64,000 bases of DNA from an uncultured Lachnospiraceae bacterium (lineage in GTDB: Bacteria; Bacillota; Clostridia; Lachnospirales; Lachnospiraceae). The notes beneath the pieces are model-generated. The model did no database searches. It was not told the origin of the DNA and saw nothing but the letters and a program-made list of their open reading frames with translations. The stretch is from the NCBI GenBank assembly GCA_947177445.1, contig CAMWUL010000004.1, positions 16,664-80,663 on the forward strand, read 5' to 3'. The position numbers and the translations under genes are program-made. Below are positions 58,733 to 64,000 of this stretch, piece by piece; position 1 is the first letter of the stretch, and the number at the start of each line of letters is the position of its first letter.

Positions 58733-60130
58733 ATGATTTTTTCAAGCGTCACTTTTTTATATTATTTTCTTCCCCTGACGGCAGCGGTTTATTTTCTGGC
58801 TCCAAAGCGCCTGCGAAACAGTGTTCTGCTTTTGGGCAGCCTGATCTTTTACGCCTGGGGGGAACCCAAATATGTTTTTCTGATGGGCATTTCCATTCTG
58901 TTATGTTACATCCTTGGACTGCTGACGGAAAAATACAGAGAGAAAAAGGCAGGGCGGCTGTTCTGCCTTCTTTCTATACTGATCAGTCTTTCTTTCCTGA
59001 TATATTTTAAATATACCGACTTTTTCCTTGAAAATTTTAATGCTGCCACCGGGCTGGACATTCCTCTTCTCCGGATAACGCTTCCCATTGGGATCAGCTT
59101 CTATACCTTTCAGATTATCAGCTACACGGTTGATGTATACCGGGGAGGACCCGCACAGAAAAACCTGATTGATCTGGCAGCCTATATCTCCATGTTTCCC
59201 CAGCTGATCGCAGGTCCTATTGTACGATACTCAGACCTGGCAGACCAGCTGAAGAAAAGACCGCACTCCTGGGGTATGGCGGCGGAAGGGATCCGCCGAT
59301 TTATGATTGGCCTTGGGAAGAAAGTTCTGCTGGCAAATCAAATGGGCGAGCTGTGTGCCGCTTTCCAGGCTTCCGGCGAAAAATCTGTTCTTTTTTACTG
59401 GATTTATTCCGTGGCGCTGTGCCTGCAGATCTATTTTGATTTTTCGGGTTACAGCGATATGGCCCTGGGACTGGGCAGGGTGTTCGGCTTCCGTTTCCCG
59501 GAAAACTTTAATTACCCCTATGTCTCCGCCAGCATCACGGAATTCTGGAGACGCTGGCATATGTCTCTGGGAGCCTGGTTCAGGGACTATGTGTACATTC
59601 CCTTAGGCGGAAACCGGATGGGAAGGATGAGGCATCTTTTCAACATTCTGGTGGTGTGGATGCTCACCGGCTTCTGGCATGGAGCCGCCTGGAACTTTAT
59701 AGTATGGGGACTGCTGTTTGCTCTGCTGTTGATCCTGGAAAAGCTGTGGCTGCTAAAGCTTCTGCCAAAAAGCAAAATACTTTCCCACGGGTATGTACTG
59801 TTTATCGTACTGGTCAGCTTTGTGATCTTTAACGGACCAAGTCTGGGAGAAGCCTGTACTAATATAGCCGGAATGTTCGGCGCAGGAGAAATCCCCTTTG
59901 TATCAAAAGAAACTCTATATTGCCTGAAAAGTTTCTCGATTCTTTTGGCTGCAGGAGTCATTGGTGCCACACCACTGCCCCGGCACCTGGCGGAAGCGCT
60001 TTCAAAAAGACCTGTCTGGAGCAGAGTCCTGTCTGTGGCGGAGCCTGCGGCACTGGCCATGATTCTGCTGGCTGTCACAGCTTATCTGGCCGACGGCTCC
60101 TTCAATCCATTTTTGTATTTTAGATTCTGA
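58733..60130 (+). CDS. MBOAT O-acyltransferase (AlgI/PatA-like)
   Basis: LPIGISFYTFQ, FPQLIAGPIVRY, QIYFDFSGYSDMA, FWRRWHMSL, GFWHGA, FLYFRF. Confidence 0.95.
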   Translation: MIFSSVTFLYYFLPLTAAVYFLAPKRLRNSVLLLGSLIFYAWGEPKYVFLMGISILLCYILGLLTEKYREKKAGRLFCLLSILISLSFLIYFKYTDFFLENFNAATGLDIPLLRITLPIGISFYTFQIISYTVDVYRGGPAQKNLIDLAAYISMFPQLIAGPIVRYSDLADQLKKRPHSWGMAAEGIRRFMIGLGKKVLLANQMGELCAAFQASGEKSVLFYWIYSVALCLQIYFDFSGYSDMALGLGRVFGFRFPENFNYPYVSASITEFWRRWHMSLGAWFRDYVYIPLGGNRMGRMRHLFNILVVWMLTGFWHGAAWNFIVWGLLFALLLILEKLWLLKLLPKSKILSHGYVLFIVLVSFVIFNGPSLGEACTNIAGMFGAGEIPFVSKETLYCLKSFSILLAAGVIGATPLPRHLAEALSKRPVWSRVLSVAEPAALAMILLAVTAYLADGSFNPFLYFRF

Positions 60131-60154
60131 GCAGCTGCTTGAGGAGGTCCGTAT

Positions 60155-61252
60155 ATGAATACACGAAAAAAAGATATGGCCGTCTGTATTCTCTTTGCCC
60201 TGATATTTGCCACAGGCTTTTTCCTGTGTGTATTTTTTCCCAAGTCGGAATATTCCTATAGTGAAAGGAGATCTTTGACCTCCCCTCCCGTCTTTTCCGC
60301 CTCAGCTTTCTGGAGCGGGCGTTTTATGTCCGACTTTGAGACTTACGCTGTAGATCACGTCCCCTTTCGGGAACAGCTTCGCATGGTCAAAGCGCTGACT
60401 GCCAAAAACATTTTCCGGCGGCAGGATAATAACGGCATTTATCTGTGGAATGGCTTTCTCTCCGCCATGGAATATCCCCTGAATGAGGATTCCCTGAATC
60501 GGGCTATAGACCGTTTTCGCTATGTCTGTGAAAAATATTCTACAGAAAAAAACAACGTCTTCTTTTCGGTCATTCCGGATAAAAACGCCTGTATAGCCCG
60601 GGAAAGCGGGCACCCAGCCATGGATTACGCCCTCTTTGAGGCTCTGGCTTCCCAAAAGGCAGACTTTGCAGAATATATAAAAATTTCAGACCTGTTGGAA
60701 AGTGATGATTACTATAAAACAGATACCCATTGGCGGCAGGAACGTATTACAGATGTGGCCGAAAGACTGGCCCGGGCCATGGACGCTGTTCTTTCACAGG
60801 ATTATGAAATCCGAACCCTGGAGCAAAATTTTTACGGGGTATATTACGGACAGGCGGCTCTTCCCCTGCAGCCGGACTCTCTTCAGTATCTCACCGGAAA
60901 GGCTATTGAAAACTGCATCGTTTACGACTGGCAGAATAACAGGGAAATATCCGTATACGACCTGGAAAAAGCCAAAGGGAAGGATCCCTACGAAATGTTT
61001 TTATCCGGCTCCCTGTCTCTGATCACTATAGATAATCCGGATGCCCCCGCGGATAAGCAGCTGGTAATCTTCCGGGATTCCTTCGGGTCAAGTATCGCGC
61101 CGCTTTTCGTCAGCGGCTATTCTAAAATTACCCTGGCGGACATCCGGTATATCCATCCGGATCTTTTAGGACAGTTTGTGGATTTTGAAAATTGTGATAT
61201 ACTGTTTCTGTACAGCACCCTTGTGCTGAACCACAGCGAAACCTTAAAATAG
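60155..61252 (+). CDS. DHHW/AlgJ-PatB-like extracellular O-acyltransferase partner
   Basis: N-terminal TM helix, ERR.L...P, YYKTDTHW, FRDSFGS, DIRY. Confidence 0.85.
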   Translation: MNTRKKDMAVCILFALIFATGFFLCVFFPKSEYSYSERRSLTSPPVFSASAFWSGRFMSDFETYAVDHVPFREQLRMVKALTAKNIFRRQDNNGIYLWNGFLSAMEYPLNEDSLNRAIDRFRYVCEKYSTEKNNVFFSVIPDKNACIARESGHPAMDYALFEALASQKADFAEYIKISDLLESDDYYKTDTHWRQERITDVAERLARAMDAVLSQDYEIRTLEQNFYGVYYGQAALPLQPDSLQYLTGKAIENCIVYDWQNNREISVYDLEKAKGKDPYEMFLSGSLSLITIDNPDAPADKQLVIFRDSFGSSIAPLFVSGYSKITLADIRYIHPDLLGQFVDFENCDILFLYSTLVLNHSETLK

Positions 61253-61348
61253 GTTACTTTTCACGGCTTCGCCGTTCAAAGCAGCATGATGCCCAGCGCA
61301 GACTGAAGTGCTATAATACAGGCTCGGGTTTTGCGCGAAAATCCGCAA
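61253..61348 (+). mobile_element. Family A element, copy 5 (degenerate, contains an extended -10 box)
   Basis: First ~47 bp match copy 4; then TGCTATAAT at 61309-61317; then a degenerate CTCGGGTTTT hairpin. Confidence 0.72.
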
Positions 61349-61376
61349 GAGCAGGAACAAACGGGGAGAAACAGCG

Positions 61377-63623
61377 TTGACAAAGATCAGATGTGTGGTG
61401 GAACGAATCACCTATCAAAATCCGGAAAACGGCTATTCCGTTTTGAAGGTTCATGTAAAAGGATATGACGACCTGGTAACGGTAGTAGGAAACCTGCTGG
61501 ATGCCAGTGTGGGTTCCGTTCTGCTCATCGAAGGCAGCTGGAAGATAGACTCCAGGTACGGAAGACAGTTTGCGGCACAAGCCTGGGAAGAAACCCTGCC
61601 TGCCACGGTCTACGGCATGGAAAAGTACCTGGGAAGCGGCCTGATCAAGGGTGTGGGCCCCGTATACGCAAAAAAAATCGTGAACCAGTTCGGCCCTGAT
61701 ACCTTCACGGTGATTGAGGACGATATTAACCGTCTCCTGGAGATCCCCGGAATCGGCAGGAAACGAATTCTGCAGATCGCAGAAAGCTGGCAGCGGCAGA
61801 AGGAAGTGAAAAACATTATGATGTTTTTACAGGAGCATGCCGTCAGCACAGCCTTTGCCGCCAGAATCTACAAGCAATACGGCAATGAAAGCATTGAAAA
61901 GGTAAAGGAAAATCCCTTCCGCCTGGCTGATGACATCTGGGGAATCGGGTTCAAAACGGCAGATTCCATCGCCTCAAAGCTGGGCTTCGGAAAAGAATCC
62001 TTTGTGCGGCTGCGAAGCGGCATTATGTATACCCTCAGCCAGCTGGCGGATGAGGGACATGTGTATGCACGACAGGAGCAGCTGACGGCCAGGGCTTCCC
62101 AGCTTCTGGATTCTCAGGAAGAGTTTGTGGTCATGACCATGGACCAGATGCTGAAGGATCAGGATCTGATTGCTGTTTGTGCCCAAAAGGAAGAAGCTGG
62201 CAATATGCGGCAAATAGATGCCATATATCTGCCTCCTTTTTTTCACGCCGAGGCCGGCGTGGCGCGAAAGCTCCTTAAGCTGGCCTCCCAGCCTGCCGGT
62301 GACCGGCTCTGGCAAAGGCTCCTCCAGGCCAGAAGGGAGACCGGCAACGAAAATCTTTCCGTAGATGTGTCACGTATTGAAGAAAGCGTACATATGAAAT
62401 ATGATATTGTACAGGCAGATGCCATCCGACGGGCCGCCACCGCAAAGGTCATGGTGCTCACCGGCGGACCCGGAACCGGCAAAACCACCACTACTCAGGG
62501 AATTATCGCCGCTCTGCGCGCCTATGGGCTCCGCATTCTCCTGGCTGCCCCCACGGGACGGGCCGCCAAGCGTATGACCGAAACCACAGGACTGGAGGCA
62601 AAAACCCTTCATCGTCTCCTGGAATGCAAGCCTCCGGAGGGCTACCAGAAAAATGAAGAAAATCCTCTGGAGGGAGATGTGCTGATCGTGGATGAATGCT
62701 CCATGATCGATATTATATTGATGAATTCCCTGTTAAAAGCCATTCCCCCGAACATGCGACTGATTCTTGTGGGCGATATCGACCAGCTTCCCAGCGTGGG
62801 TGCAGGCAATGTACTTCGGGACATTATCGATTCCGGTCAATTTCCCGTGATCCGTCTCACCAAAATATTCCGTCAGGCCCAGGAGAGCCGGATTATTATG
62901 AATGCCCACCGGATCAATTCCGGGCAGGCCCCCGATCTATCCAACGGCGCCGGAACAGATTTTTTCTTTCTCCAAAAGGAAGAACCGGAAGCTGCTGCCG
63001 CCGAAATCGTCAGCCTGGTAAAGAAAAAGCTGCCGGCTTATTACGGAATCTCATCTTCCGCTATTCAGGTATTAACCCCCATGCAAAGGGGCGGCACAGG
63101 CGCTGCCAGCCTGAACCTGGCGCTGCAGGAAGCGCTGAATCCCCAGGGCGAAGGCCTGTACCGGGGCGGCTTCTGTTTCCGCCCCGGAGACCGGGTCATG
63201 CAGATTAAAAATAATTACGATAAAGAAATCTTTAACGGCGACATCGGAACGGTTTCCTCCGTTGATTTGGGAAACCGCTCTCTTTCAGTTCTGTTTGACG
63301 ATCACACTGTTGAATATGATATAACAGAACTGGACGAGCTGACGCTTGCCTACGCCACCACCATACACAAGGCCCAGGGGTCCGAGTATCCAATTGTTGT
63401 GATGCCCATCCTTATGAACCATTATGTGATGCTCCAGCGCAATCTGGTCTACACCGGCATTACGCGGGCAAAAAAAATTCTGGTGATTGTAGGCACCAAA
63501 AAAGCTCTTGCTTATGCGGTTCAAAATGTTACCGTCACGAAGCGAAACACTTTATTGAGAGAAAGATTGGAGGAAAACCATGTTTGGCAGAAAAACCAGG
63601 AAACCGGAAATGCCTCCCCTTGA
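61377..63623 (+). CDS. recD2: ATP-dependent RecD2-like SF1 helicase
   Basis: N-terminal OB/HhH (YLGSGLIKGVGP), GGPGTGKTT, VDECSM, GDIDQLPSVG, YATTIHKAQGSEY. Confidence 0.95.
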   Translation: MTKIRCVVERITYQNPENGYSVLKVHVKGYDDLVTVVGNLLDASVGSVLLIEGSWKIDSRYGRQFAAQAWEETLPATVYGMEKYLGSGLIKGVGPVYAKKIVNQFGPDTFTVIEDDINRLLEIPGIGRKRILQIAESWQRQKEVKNIMMFLQEHAVSTAFAARIYKQYGNESIEKVKENPFRLADDIWGIGFKTADSIASKLGFGKESFVRLRSGIMYTLSQLADEGHVYARQEQLTARASQLLDSQEEFVVMTMDQMLKDQDLIAVCAQKEEAGNMRQIDAIYLPPFFHAEAGVARKLLKLASQPAGDRLWQRLLQARRETGNENLSVDVSRIEESVHMKYDIVQADAIRRAATAKVMVLTGGPGTGKTTTTQGIIAALRAYGLRILLAAPTGRAAKRMTETTGLEAKTLHRLLECKPPEGYQKNEENPLEGDVLIVDECSMIDIILMNSLLKAIPPNMRLILVGDIDQLPSVGAGNVLRDIIDSGQFPVIRLTKIFRQAQESRIIMNAHRINSGQAPDLSNGAGTDFFFLQKEEPEAAAAEIVSLVKKKLPAYYGISSSAIQVLTPMQRGGTGAASLNLALQEALNPQGEGLYRGGFCFRPGDRVMQIKNNYDKEIFNGDIGTVSSVDLGNRSLSVLFDDHTVEYDITELDELTLAYATTIHKAQGSEYPIVVMPILMNHYVMLQRNLVYTGITRAKKILVIVGTKKALAYAVQNVTVTKRNTLLRERLEENHVWQKNQETGNASP

Positions 63624-63798
63624 CCGGGAAAATCAACGCGCCATACTCCGGTGCAGTATCTGTACCGGAGAGCAGGTTGCCGGGCTGAAGGATATTCGAA
63701 CGGGAAAATTTCAGGATGTGATGCTCATAAAGAGCAGAGATGATCTGAATTTCTTCATGGAGTATTATGGCCTGGATTCTGTTCCCCGGGAGTATTGA
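63580..63798 (+). CDS. Small conserved-looking hypothetical protein with CxxC (RCSICTGEQVAG)
   Basis: GGAGG RBS; overlaps the recD2 3' end in another frame. Confidence 0.7.
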   Translation: MFGRKTRKPEMPPLDRENQRAILRCSICTGEQVAGLKDIRTGKFQDVMLIKSRDDLNFFMEYYGLDSVPREY

Positions 63799-64000
63799 AA
63801 TCGCTGAAATATATTCCGGCAGGTATTTTCATACTTTAATATATTTTTGATTTTTGCTGTTTGGTTTATCCGGTATGGTTTGCCGTATCATATTTTCTGC
63901 AAGCATAGGCCTTATAATACATTTTCGAAAATATTCTGACGTTTTAATATTGCAAAAATCCTGCATTTCTTTACGGCTTCTTGGAGAAGAACAAAATTCT

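Overview
Chromosomal window from a spore-forming Clostridia member, most likely Lachnospiraceae, judged from gene content and synteny. No rRNA, tRNA, CRISPR array or transposase gene was seen. Positions 1-15 kb are core genes on the minus strand: ftsH(partial)-hpt-tilS-spoIIE-like-divIC-yabQ-yabP-yabO-hup, a PEGA lipoprotein, cotS-like, cca, prsA-like and an M3 peptidase. At 16-20 kb an intact-looking 2-isopropylmalate synthase is fused to an AraC DNA-binding domain and transcribed divergently from an OFA-type MFS transporter. At 21-40 kb is a LacI-controlled glycan locus (2 SBPs, 4 permeases, NHL/YIP1/DUF5696-type proteins, GH30, GH35). The 40-64 kb accessory region holds a GNAT, a DnaQ-like exonuclease with a Zn ribbon, a GH5 cellulase, BlaI/M56/MBL, TetR-ABC, a BceRS-AB-like module, an AT-rich three-gene islet led by a small alarmone synthetase, an ARE-type ABC-F with a uORF leader, an MBOAT/DHHW O-acylation operon and recD2. 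Two families of short hairpin-rich non-coding elements are present, one in five or more copies. The best candidates for new biology are the SAS islet (53.9-55.8 kb), the LeuA-AraC/MFS pair and the promoter-carrying mini-elements. All family assignments come from motif recognition by eye, not database searches.
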